Below, in pieces: positions 38,374 through 46,952 of a stretch of 64,000 nt of DNA (its first letter is position 1; the number at the start of each line of letters is the position of its first letter). The position numbers and the translations under genes were made by a program. The DNA lies in the IMG/VR virus record IMGVR_UViG_3300047472_000309, positions 62,001-126,000 of that record; one strand, given 5' to 3'. The notes under the pieces are model-generated. The model worked only from the letters and a program-made list of their open reading frames with translations. It did no database searches and was not told where the DNA came from.

Positions 38374-39843
38374 TTAATCACCCGTCTTAGGCAAATCCAC
38401 CTGTCCGTTGTTGTTTACATCGGCGACCCTGGTCAGGTTCTGTGACAGCATCATCTCTTCGGCTTGAAGCAACGCCTCCGCTGGTTTGCAGATGGTCATC
38501 CCACGGCGGGAATCCGGGTAGCTCTTCCACACGTCGAGATCAGCGATGCGTTCCATCTGATCTTTCAACACCGGATCAGCAGGCGAAGCTATGGGTGCAA
38601 CACCGCCCGGCCACAGTCCTGCGTCGTCGATGTGCATGACGGAGCGGCTCATCCCACGTGGTTGCTTGACAACCGTATCGCCTTGAGCCTGTTCGAAGAT
38701 GGTGTCGACTTCTTGTTGGGTCTGGAGCATTTCGGCTTCTATCTTCCAGCGCACCCCGCACTGCTCATCGAACACCAGATCGACTGGGAGGTTCGAATAG
38801 TCCAACGCCAAGTGGCCGCCGAGGTGAGCCGTACGAATGAACGGACGTGCGCGTACCAGCATCTGATTACGCGTTTCACCGGTGAGCGGATGGATCTGCA
38901 TCTGGTACTTGAAACCCGACTCCAGTTCGCCATTGTGATCCCCGTTATCTTGCCCCAGCGGATGACCCAGGACAGTACCACCGAACTCTGCAGGCCACCC
39001 TCCTTCAGGCCTGAAAACACGCGCATCGGTGGCCCGCACCGCGAAGTGGTTCTTGGTGATGTCTTCCAAGGTTTCCAGGATCGGTGAAGACTCCCGGACT
39101 TGTTGGCTCGTCATGGTCAGCAACGCATCCCCACCGGCTGAAGCCAGCGCACCATGGGTTTTCCGATCGAAGAGTGGTGTGCCAATGCGCAGTTCATCGT
39201 CTTTAGCAGCTTCTGCCAACCCCAGGAAGCTCTGCACGCTTCGATCCGCGTAATCATCCCCCTTCAGGCGAGCTTCAGCTTCCGCGATCATTTCGTCACG
39301 CGTCTTGTGCGGCAACAATGCAGCGCTCGCGTTCAGGGCGTTGGGATTAGCTTGCCGAGCTTGCTCCAGAATTTCCCTGGTGCTGGGGCGCAAACGCAAC
39401 TTTGCTGGCAGCTTGGCTGAACCGAGCCCGTAATGGCGCTCCATGACCTCGGCAGTTGAGAAGCCATGCGGTTCATCAGTCATCGGTTGCCCCCGACCCA
39501 TTTCGTAGTCAATGTGCTCCTGGTTGGAGAATATCGGCGTGTACTGGTCCGGCTTGGCTTTCCAGCGACGTGGGTTTTCGGACACGCCTTCTGCGATGAA
39601 GGGCCGTGGCGTGTTGCGCTCGACGAACACAAACTCAGTGTCCTTCCAGAAGTTGTGAGCGACGGCCTCTTCGATGATGCGCCGCCCTTCAGCTTCTTCG
39701 AACTGAATACCACTGTCGTTGAGGAAGGTGATCTGGGCGTCTTCGATGCCGTTCTGCTTGAGGAAGTCAGCGAAGGCAAATGCCAGCAGCGTCTTGCCTG
39801 TGCCGCAGAAACCATCGATGGTGATACGGATTTCCTTTTTCAT
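38374..39843 (-). CDS. Hypothetical protein with a short N-terminal P-loop domain
   Basis: ITIDGFCGTGKT Walker A at the extreme N-terminus; AGGAG RBS. Confidence 0.6.
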   Translation of the reverse strand: MKKEIRITIDGFCGTGKTLLAFAFADFLKQNGIEDAQITFLNDSGIQFEEAEGRRIIEEAVAHNFWKDTEFVFVERNTPRPFIAEGVSENPRRWKAKPDQYTPIFSNQEHIDYEMGRGQPMTDEPHGFSTAEVMERHYGLGSAKLPAKLRLRPSTREILEQARQANPNALNASAALLPHKTRDEMIAEAEARLKGDDYADRSVQSFLGLAEAAKDDELRIGTPLFDRKTHGALASAGGDALLTMTSQQVRESSPILETLEDITKNHFAVRATDARVFRPEGGWPAEFGGTVLGHPLGQDNGDHNGELESGFKYQMQIHPLTGETRNQMLVRARPFIRTAHLGGHLALDYSNLPVDLVFDEQCGVRWKIEAEMLQTQQEVDTIFEQAQGDTVVKQPRGMSRSVMHIDDAGLWPGGVAPIASPADPVLKDQMERIADLDVWKSYPDSRRGMTICKPAEALLQAEEMMLSQNLTRVADVNNNGQVDLPKTGD

Positions 39844-39866
39844 CCTGTTCTCCTGAAAGCGTTACG

Positions 39867-40382
39867 TTAAGCGGTGGCGTGCTCGATCTCTTGCAACAAG
39901 GCGCGGTCCCCGAGGCGAAAGCCCGCGTTGATGATAAGACCTAGCACGCTGTTGGGCGTCGGTTCCCCCACGCCGTCGAGCCAGCGCTGATACTCGGCGG
40001 CCCCTTCGGTGTATTCTTGCGTGAGCTCGCCGTAGCCGAGCCAGCTAATCATGTCCGCCAGGGCACGCTCCTGTTCCCGCGCACGATTGTAAAAACGCGG
40101 GGCGTACTCTTGCGAGGCCGAGCGCATAAAGCGCACTTCAAAGAAGCCCGTGAACTGCCGCGCCCGGATACGCACCTCGCGTTCAGCGGCTTCGCTGCCC
40201 GAGGTTGCGCCGAAGCGAATTTCCATATCACCCCATCCCGTCGAGGCATACAGCTTTTCCTTTACCGTGCCCAAGGGGAAGACCTTCTTCGAGATGATCT
40301 GGGAGTTCAAAGCCTCGATCAGCTTGACACCGAATTCGTTACCGGCATTGGTGAAATCAAAGAGTTCCATGTTTTTATTCAA
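39867..40382 (-). CDS. Hypothetical protein, 171 aa
   Basis: ORF in a co-directional cluster. Confidence 0.65.
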   Translation of the reverse strand: MNKNMELFDFTNAGNEFGVKLIEALNSQIISKKVFPLGTVKEKLYASTGWGDMEIRFGATSGSEAAEREVRIRARQFTGFFEVRFMRSASQEYAPRFYNRAREQERALADMISWLGYGELTQEYTEGAAEYQRWLDGVGEPTPNSVLGLIINAGFRLGDRALLQEIEHATA

Positions 40383-40446
40383 CTAAGACATAAGCGTTAT
40401 AAGTAGCGAGGAAGCCGTAGCCTCCTCGCCGGTAAGAAAAGCAGGG

Positions 40447-40860
40447 TTACAGCGCGCGGGCTGGTTCGACAATACAGCCGTCGAGGACCAGCGCTTCTTC
40501 AGCCGTGATGCCTTCCTGACCGATCGCACCCAGTGAAAGCGGGCGTGGTTCGGACAAAAAGCCCATGCCGTCGGTGTTGATCTCAGCCACGTTGGCATTT
40601 TCCCGACTGACCACCGTGACCGGTGCATCAAACAACTGCGGATTCGCATCCCGCATGGCGTCAAGCAGCGTGTCAGGCTGCTCGTCTATCCCTTGGGTGC
40701 TGGTCCAGGCTCTAAAGCCAGGCGTATCGGCCTGAATGTTGGCCACGGTGACATTATTAAAGCCATACGTGTCCTTCAGTGCTTGACCAATTGCCCGACC
40801 CACAAGCTCCGCAGCCTTGCCATCGGGGCTTTCCACCACGATGTTCACAGGTGCGTCCAT
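40447..40860 (-). CDS. Paralogue 1 of the GF.NV / LLD.M..NP.LF family
   Basis: GGAGG RBS; motifs shared with neighbouring genes. Confidence 0.8.
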   Translation of the reverse strand: MDAPVNIVVESPDGKAAELVGRAIGQALKDTYGFNNVTVANIQADTPGFRAWTSTQGIDEQPDTLLDAMRDANPQLFDAPVTVVSRENANVAEINTDGMGFLSEPRPLSLGAIGQEGITAEEALVLDGCIVEPARAL

Positions 40861-40872
40861 TTTCCCTCCCTT

Positions 40873-41241
40873 TTAATCGCGTTCGTTCACCTCGTCACGA
40901 TCCAGTTCGAGCGCGACTTCCAGATCCGCCGCTTCGTTGGGTGGCAGATCCATCTCCACTTCGAGCTCCGGCTCCAGACACGCACTCACCACTTCGATAC
41001 GACGATGGAAGAGCGCCGGATTGGCGTCTGCCATCGCATCGAGCAACGACTTACCTTGCTCGAAGTCCGTTTGCGGGTCACCCACGGCTTCGCTACTCAC
41101 ATCCGCATGATGAGTAACGGTGACGTTGGTGAAGCCGACGTTCTGGATCGCGTGTCCCACCACCTTACCGAGCGCCAGCGCGAGTTCGTTGTTATCCGAC
41201 TCGATGACTACGCTGGCAACCGCGTCTTCTTGCTGTTCCAT
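40873..41241 (-). CDS. Paralogue 2 of the GF.NV / LLD.M..NP.LF family
   Basis: AGGAGG RBS; shared motifs. Confidence 0.8.
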   Translation of the reverse strand: MEQQEDAVASVVIESDNNELALALGKVVGHAIQNVGFTNVTVTHHADVSSEAVGDPQTDFEQGKSLLDAMADANPALFHRRIEVVSACLEPELEVEMDLPPNEAADLEVALELDRDEVNERD

Positions 41242-41271
41242 GTCCTTCCTCCTTGTTTTTACTGCGTCATT

Positions 41272-41685
41272 TTACTGCACGATGACCGTAGCTGCTTCGG
41301 GCTTGCTCACCCGGATCGCATCGTTCAGACCTGCGCCGTCGCCGAGTTCTTCCTTGGCGTCTTCAATCATGTCCGTGACGAGATCCAGTGCTGCACTGCC
41401 GCCCGCGGTGGCAATGACGGCGATGGGTGCATCGAAGAGCTGCGGGTTTAGGGCCTTCATCGAGCCGAGGAGCGTGTCCGCGTTCGAGAGGTCCACATCC
41501 ACACGCGTCGGATCGTCGCTCTTGTCGACATGGATCGCCACGTTGGTGAAACCTGCGTCCGAGAGGCCTTTATTGACCGCGACGGCAATCGCCTGTCGCT
41601 GGCTGATGTTGTCTGACGCGATGATGACACCCGCACCGCTGTCATTCTTGGTTACGTCGTTCATAATGCGAGCAAATTCCTTCAT
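41272..41685 (-). CDS. Paralogue 3 of the GF.NV / LLD.M..NP.LF family
   Basis: Shared motifs. Confidence 0.8.
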   Translation of the reverse strand: MKEFARIMNDVTKNDSGAGVIIASDNISQRQAIAVAVNKGLSDAGFTNVAIHVDKSDDPTRVDVDLSNADTLLGSMKALNPQLFDAPIAVIATAGGSAALDLVTDMIEDAKEELGDGAGLNDAIRVSKPEAATVIVQ

Positions 41686-41716
41686 GATACCGTTCCTGTT
41701 CGTGATGGGTTTTTTG

Positions 41717-42154
41717 TTAGACGAGAACTTCGTCGAGTAGCACTGCTTTTGGTGCTACAAACGTGGCGAGGTCAATGATCGTGCCATCTTTCAGACGACC
41801 TTGACCGGGCTGGAGTTCGGGCGCATCGCCCGAGAGTTCTGTCATGTCGATGTGGTCAGCCATCGTGCTCAGATGGGGCTCGGTAGCTTCCACAGGGTTC
41901 TCGCTATAGGGCATAGCGAGGATGCTCACTGGCCGCGCGAACAGTCGCGGGTTCAGCGCACGCATCTCATCAAGCAGGCTCGGAAGCGCGGAGCGTTCGA
42001 TCACCTTGCTTGTTTCGTCGTCGCGGCTGGCGATGCCAGTGTCGACATGGGTGAACCCCGATTCCTGCAGTTTGTCTTGGATCAGACTTGCCACCAGCTG
42101 CCGGGTCTGTGCGCCCTGTGCTTCGATGATGACATTGATTGCGTCAGGAGTCAT
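41717..42154 (-). CDS. Paralogue 4 of the GF.NV / LLD.M..NP.LF family
   Basis: AAGGA RBS before ATG 42154; shared motifs. Confidence 0.8.
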   Translation of the reverse strand: MTPDAINVIIEAQGAQTRQLVASLIQDKLQESGFTHVDTGIASRDDETSKVIERSALPSLLDEMRALNPRLFARPVSILAMPYSENPVEATEPHLSTMADHIDMTELSGDAPELQPGQGRLKDGTIIDLATFVAPKAVLLDEVLV

Positions 42155-42173
42155 GCCTAATCGTTCCTTGAAG

Positions 42174-42217
42174 GGCTCATAAGACGGAGGGGCCGAAGGC
42201 ACCCTCCATCTCATGCT
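42174..42217 (-). terminator. Variant hairpin + TATGAGC element
   Basis: ggagggtgccttcggcccctcc gtct tatgagc on the minus strand. Confidence 0.5.
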
Positions 42218-42232
42218 CAGTCGTCGTAAGTT

Positions 42233-42637
42233 TTACTTCTGCTGCGAGGGACCCACATGCGCCCAGATCGTGTTAGCGGCAATGAGAAGCTCTTCTTCGA
42301 TTGCCTCGACAAAGAGTTCTTCGGTTTTACCATCGTGCAGCCACAGATCAAAGAATCGCCCTGTACCCGGTTCATCATCCCGATAGTACTCCCTCATCGA
42401 CACGTACGGGACCTGTTGGCCCATCCGGGTTAAGTCAATGAAGTAGAACTGGGTGTGTGCGTGACTGTCTTCTGACTCGCACACGTACATGGTTTTCAGC
42501 TGAATGCTCGGATATGCCGAGCGCACTGCTAACAGCTTAGCCTGCAGAATTCCCATGATGGCGTAGCCGAACGGATTCGGTACGTTATCAGCCATCGGAA
42601 CGGTTTCAGGAAGGGCAGGTTTCTTACGGGCGCTCAT
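42233..42637 (-). CDS. Hypothetical protein, 134 aa
   Basis: ORF with GGAG RBS. Confidence 0.65.
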   Translation of the reverse strand: MSARKKPALPETVPMADNVPNPFGYAIMGILQAKLLAVRSAYPSIQLKTMYVCESEDSHAHTQFYFIDLTRMGQQVPYVSMREYYRDDEPGTGRFFDLWLHDGKTEELFVEAIEEELLIAANTIWAHVGPSQQK

Positions 42638-42643
42638 TAATGC

Positions 42644-43804
42644 TTACTCCGTGGTCTGGAACTTACGAGCCCGATGCAGTTCGATGGAGAATGCCTCGGG
42701 GTTCTTTTCGATCTCAGCCCACGTGGTGTGGTCGGGCACAATCGCGGGCAAGGTGAGATTCACACGATGTGAGTCCCCATCGACTAAGAACATACCGATG
42801 GCGCCTGCCCACTGTCCCACGTACACCTGTGGGATCTTTTCAAAGCGCGCAATGCTACTGAGCTTAAGGAGCTCGCCCGCTTGCCCGAAGAATTCCACGT
42901 TCACCCAGCCCGGTTGTAGGTCGAACCCTTCCTCGATCACGACCTTCCACTTAGGCTTACCGTCCGGTGGGTCCAGATACACCGTAGTGGTGCCGTAGGC
43001 GCTCTCAGTGGGCTCGCAGACGTCAGCGGCATAGCCGGTACAGTCGTAGGCGCCGACGACGCCCTTGACCAGCAGCGCCAGCCCACGACCGGCTGAGCAG
43101 GCGTCCTCCATTTCGAACTGGTAAGACACTTGCGGCTGCAACTCGAGCCAGTCTGCATCCATCCAGAAACCGATCGGCTCGGCTTGCGTGAAATACGCCA
43201 CCAGCGAGGTGACAAATTCGTCTGCTTCCAGATCGAGCTGATGGCCCTTGCGATCGAGCACGGCCGACACATGCACAGGCGTAAGCTGGACAACACGCAG
43301 ATTACCGCTCTTGATATTGAGCGTACCTGAGAGCTCCATCTCCAATCGCACATACATCTCTTCAGCCATCATGCGCTGCAGAATCGGCGGTCGCGACTCG
43401 ACCGTAGTCCAGGTCGCCAGCTCCGTGAGACCGATCACAAACGGAATGCGCTTGTTTTCGATCGCCAGTTGACAGAAGTCCGTTTGCGAAGCGGGCACGA
43501 ACCGGGCATCCGCCACATTCAACCCGATGGCCGAAGTCACCACCTTTTCACAATCGGGCAGCTTGAACACCACGCCGTACAGGCGCGGGTTCGTCGGATC
43601 AATCCCCCAGCTCGGGCGAATCACTTCTTGCGCGACAAGCTCTTCACTACGTGCCAATCCCGTGAAGGGGATGTTCACGTTAAAGCGCAACGCCGACGTG
43701 TAGACCGTGATGTGCGAGGTGAGGGCTTCTGCTTCGCCGAGATTGTACTGATCATCGACAAAGTGGTAACGGTTAAAGGGGGTATGCAGCGGTAGGATTT
43801 TCAT
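42644..43804 (-). CDS. Hypothetical protein, 386 aa
   Basis: ORF with purine-rich RBS. Confidence 0.7.
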   Translation of the reverse strand: MKILPLHTPFNRYHFVDDQYNLGEAEALTSHITVYTSALRFNVNIPFTGLARSEELVAQEVIRPSWGIDPTNPRLYGVVFKLPDCEKVVTSAIGLNVADARFVPASQTDFCQLAIENKRIPFVIGLTELATWTTVESRPPILQRMMAEEMYVRLEMELSGTLNIKSGNLRVVQLTPVHVSAVLDRKGHQLDLEADEFVTSLVAYFTQAEPIGFWMDADWLELQPQVSYQFEMEDACSAGRGLALLVKGVVGAYDCTGYAADVCEPTESAYGTTTVYLDPPDGKPKWKVVIEEGFDLQPGWVNVEFFGQAGELLKLSSIARFEKIPQVYVGQWAGAIGMFLVDGDSHRVNLTLPAIVPDHTTWAEIEKNPEAFSIELHRARKFQTTE

Positions 43805-43841
43805 TTTCTTTTCCCTGTCTTTTTAACCTGTACTGACTGCG

Positions 43842-44234
43842 CTAAAAACGGATGGTGGTCATGCCACCCTGAATCTCGATGGCCTTGATGGGACCATCGG
43901 GCGGGCTTGGATTGGTGATCCGGTTCCAGGCCGCCTCATTGGGGATGTCTGGTTCAAACGCTTGCCGGGCAGTTTCCACCGTAATTGCGGTGGTAAAGAT
44001 TTCGGGGTTAAGCAGCTGACACTCTTCCAAGAGCGTGGTCACGTTCTCGGACGGCATCTGCTCCTTGTGATCCGGAATGTAATCGACGTGCTGAAAGCCT
44101 GCGCCTTCCAGGGCACCAAAGACCACCTCTTTGGCGACCCAACGGGCGCGCTCTGTGCCACCGGTGATGACGATACTCATCGCATCCTCACCCACATCCA
44201 GCGGGCCCACCAGGTCCATGTTCAGCTGTGCCAT
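43842..44234 (-). CDS. Paralogue 5 of the GF.NV / LLD.M..NP.LF family (divergent)
   Basis: GAGFQHV...TLLEECQLLNPEIF. Confidence 0.7.
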   Translation of the reverse strand: MAQLNMDLVGPLDVGEDAMSIVITGGTERARWVAKEVVFGALEGAGFQHVDYIPDHKEQMPSENVTTLLEECQLLNPEIFTTAITVETARQAFEPDIPNEAAWNRITNPSPPDGPIKAIEIQGGMTTIRF

Positions 44235-44235
44235 G

Positions 44236-44616
44236 TTAACTCTCCCAGGAGTCGGTTGCTAGATAGAGATAAAAGCGGATCAGGTAGTCGGGAATGGTCT
44301 CTGCATTCACCCACAGCTCCGCCACTTCGATGTCGTCATTGCGGGCACCGACGACGTGACGCATCACCTTCACCCGTGCCATGCGCAAACCTTCGCGCTC
44401 CATCACACTTAAGTAACCTTTCAGCTCCAGCGGTTCTTGCCCGACGAGCTCGCCGATGAGGAGCTCAGTATGGTGCTCGCGGGTCTCATCGTCATCCTTA
44501 CGGGTCACAAGGACTTTCGTGAGCGAGTTCTTTATTTTGTAGCCGGTCAGCGCCTGACGAAATACCACGTACTGCGCGATCAGCTCCGCAAAGGGACGAT
44601 TGCTTTCTACGGTCAC
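44236..44616 (-). CDS. Hypothetical protein, 126 aa
   Basis: GTG start with AGGAG RBS. Confidence 0.65.
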   Translation of the reverse strand: MTVESNRPFAELIAQYVVFRQALTGYKIKNSLTKVLVTRKDDDETREHHTELLIGELVGQEPLELKGYLSVMEREGLRMARVKVMRHVVGARNDDIEVAELWVNAETIPDYLIRFYLYLATDSWES

Positions 44617-44638
44617 AACACTCTCCTGGTTATCGTAA

Positions 44639-44683
44639 GGGCATAAACCGAGACAAGGAAAAAAATCCTTGTCTCGTTATGAG
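44639..44683. terminator. GGGCATA-hairpin-TATGAG element
   Basis: gggcataaac cgagacaagga aaaaaa tccttgtctcg t tatgag. Confidence 0.65.
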
Positions 44684-44773
44684 TGAGCCTTAGGCCCTGT
44701 CACCGCTCGTGTTAGGAAACACGTCACGCTGCGCAATCATGGTCAGGGGTCCGTTTGGCCTGCTATCGATGAA

Positions 44774-44816
44774 CAAAAAAGAAAGGCCTGGGGATCACTC
44801 CCCAGGCGCTATGCCG
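44774..44816. terminator. Hairpin with a U-tract on the minus strand and TATGCCG on the plus strand
   Basis: aaaaaagaaag gcctgggga tcac tccccaggc gc tatgccg. Confidence 0.7.
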
Positions 44817-44824
44817 CCGAATCC

Positions 44825-46897
44825 TTAACGGATCTTGCGGATCAGGTACGCATCACTGCCGAGGTAGCCCGTGGTGACTTCGAGGATGTGGTCATCTGCC
44901 GTACGGATGAAATGCCGGTAGAAGTTATCGTCGACGCCGCTCGTGGCTTGGAAGATGCTTTCCGCCAAGTTGTACAGCTCCGGCATGTCGCTGGTGATCA
45001 ACGACGCGATCCGGTCCTTCGGATCGAGTTCGAGTTCCAGCTCCACGGCCGCCGCGCTCAGATACGTGAACGTGTAGTTCGAGGTGAGGTACGTGAGTTT
45101 GGGCGGATGTTCCGGCGAATAATCGCGATCCATCAGGAGATTGTCCGTGAGGGCCGCTTCATCGTCCGGGTGCGAAAACTCCGCAAACGCTGCACGAATG
45201 TTCTTCGTCTGGTTGCCCAGGAAGACCACCGAGAACGTTTCGCCGTACCACTTCTCGATCACGCCCGGCAGATCCGCCACATCGGCCGCGAAATCATGGA
45301 TGCGGATGTCGCCGATGGAGAGCGACTGCGCGAGCACGCGGTTGATCATCTCGGTGAGCTTGCGATTGATGGCTGCATAGAGCGGGCCATTCATCACGCC
45401 TTCGACCGATTTCATCATTTCCGCGAGTTCTGCGTAGCTCTTCGCTTGCGCGAACGATTGCAATGCCCCGCTTTCGTCCTTCAGCGACACAAAGGGCTCA
45501 GCCACTTGCGCACGGATGCGATACACATCCGGCACTTGCTCGCTGTCCTTCGTCACGGCCATGCACTTGAGCGTACCTTGCAGCCACGCCAGATCCAGCG
45601 TCGGCTCCAACACCCACGTGTCTTCCACCACCTGCACGAGCGGCTTCTTCGGCGGTGCTTCGCCCGCCTCCCCATCGCCGACCTTCTCGGTCAGTTCCTT
45701 CACCCCGGCCGCAATACGCGTGAGCGTCTGGGCCGATTTGTTGGTATCGATGTACTTCGGCACGCTGCCGAATGTAGTTGGGAGGCGATGCTTTTCACGG
45801 TCCATCGAAGAGTCCGTCCTTTCTTTCACGAGTTGGATGACAGTGCCGTCGGCCTGCTTTTGCAGATACAACAGACTGGTACGAGGGTTATACGCCAATG
45901 CATACGGCTGACGCACCGACGGCTTCCACACCAGTTTGGTGGAGTCGATATGCTCCGGCTCGTTACCAGCCGGTTTCGTTTCCACCTGCGTTGCAGGCTT
46001 GGCTGCGGGTGCGGACTCACTCCGTTCGCTTGGCGGTACCCAGGACGTCTTCACGTTCGGCACGGAAGGTCCTTGGTTGTCACCCGGCTTCTTGTCGAAA
46101 CGGCTTGTGTTAAAGCTGCCGCTTTCCTGGGCGGGTTCGCCATACTGCACACCCCCGGAGAACAGGCCCGACGTTCCACCTTGGTTCAGAGAACCGGCAA
46201 ACTGCCGCGCAGGAGGACGTTGTTGATTCCAGCCACCGCCCCCCTGGTTGCCCCAGCGCGACTGTTGCTGCTGGTTCCCCCACTGTTGGCCACCACCGGA
46301 GTTGCCCCACTGACGTGCGCCACCCCACTGATTGCCACCGCCTTGATTGCCCCAACCCGCACCTTGACCACCCTGCGGCGCGCCGCCTTGCATCATCTGC
46401 GCGTAAACGGGACTGTTCTTGAACGCATTGATTTCGTTCTGGATGTCGTTTGCCATCTGAACGAGACCGGTGATATGCGCCTGCATCTGTGGCGGCACCC
46501 CTTGTTGCAGCTCCGCGTACTGCACCACTTGGTTTGCCACATACATCTCGACCATCTTCGGGATCAGCGCCTGCGCACCTTGCTCCGGATTCTGGAACTT
46601 GTTGCTCGCCAACCCGAGCAGGACCCAGTCGACGACACCCATCACGAGACCTGCGAACACCTCGTTTTGGTAGCCGTTACGGGACACCACGTTGTACGCC
46701 ATCGTCCGCGGCGGACTATTGGGCGCATTGGTTTGAAAATCGAGCGCGACCGCCGCCGAAATCACCGGTATCAAGTCTGCCATGAACCCCGGATACGGAA
46801 ACTGCGGGACACAGGGCGGATTGTTGATGGCGATAGGCAGTGGAGCGCGTTCTGGATTGTAAGGGTCCGCAGGCAGACCCGCATTTGACATAACCAT
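44825..46897 (-). CDS. Large hypothetical protein with a central Q/G/N/W low-complexity region
   Basis: 690 aa; AGGAAAGG RBS; directly downstream of the nvRNAP subunit gene. Confidence 0.75.
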   Translation of the reverse strand: MVMSNAGLPADPYNPERAPLPIAINNPPCVPQFPYPGFMADLIPVISAAVALDFQTNAPNSPPRTMAYNVVSRNGYQNEVFAGLVMGVVDWVLLGLASNKFQNPEQGAQALIPKMVEMYVANQVVQYAELQQGVPPQMQAHITGLVQMANDIQNEINAFKNSPVYAQMMQGGAPQGGQGAGWGNQGGGNQWGGARQWGNSGGGQQWGNQQQQSRWGNQGGGGWNQQRPPARQFAGSLNQGGTSGLFSGGVQYGEPAQESGSFNTSRFDKKPGDNQGPSVPNVKTSWVPPSERSESAPAAKPATQVETKPAGNEPEHIDSTKLVWKPSVRQPYALAYNPRTSLLYLQKQADGTVIQLVKERTDSSMDREKHRLPTTFGSVPKYIDTNKSAQTLTRIAAGVKELTEKVGDGEAGEAPPKKPLVQVVEDTWVLEPTLDLAWLQGTLKCMAVTKDSEQVPDVYRIRAQVAEPFVSLKDESGALQSFAQAKSYAELAEMMKSVEGVMNGPLYAAINRKLTEMINRVLAQSLSIGDIRIHDFAADVADLPGVIEKWYGETFSVVFLGNQTKNIRAAFAEFSHPDDEAALTDNLLMDRDYSPEHPPKLTYLTSNYTFTYLSAAAVELELELDPKDRIASLITSDMPELYNLAESIFQATSGVDDNFYRHFIRTADDHILEVTTGYLGSDAYLIRKIR

Positions 46898-46952
46898 GGC
46901 TTGTTTCCTTTCCTTGTTTTTTGCTTACACTCGATACGTCTACCGAGCGCTT

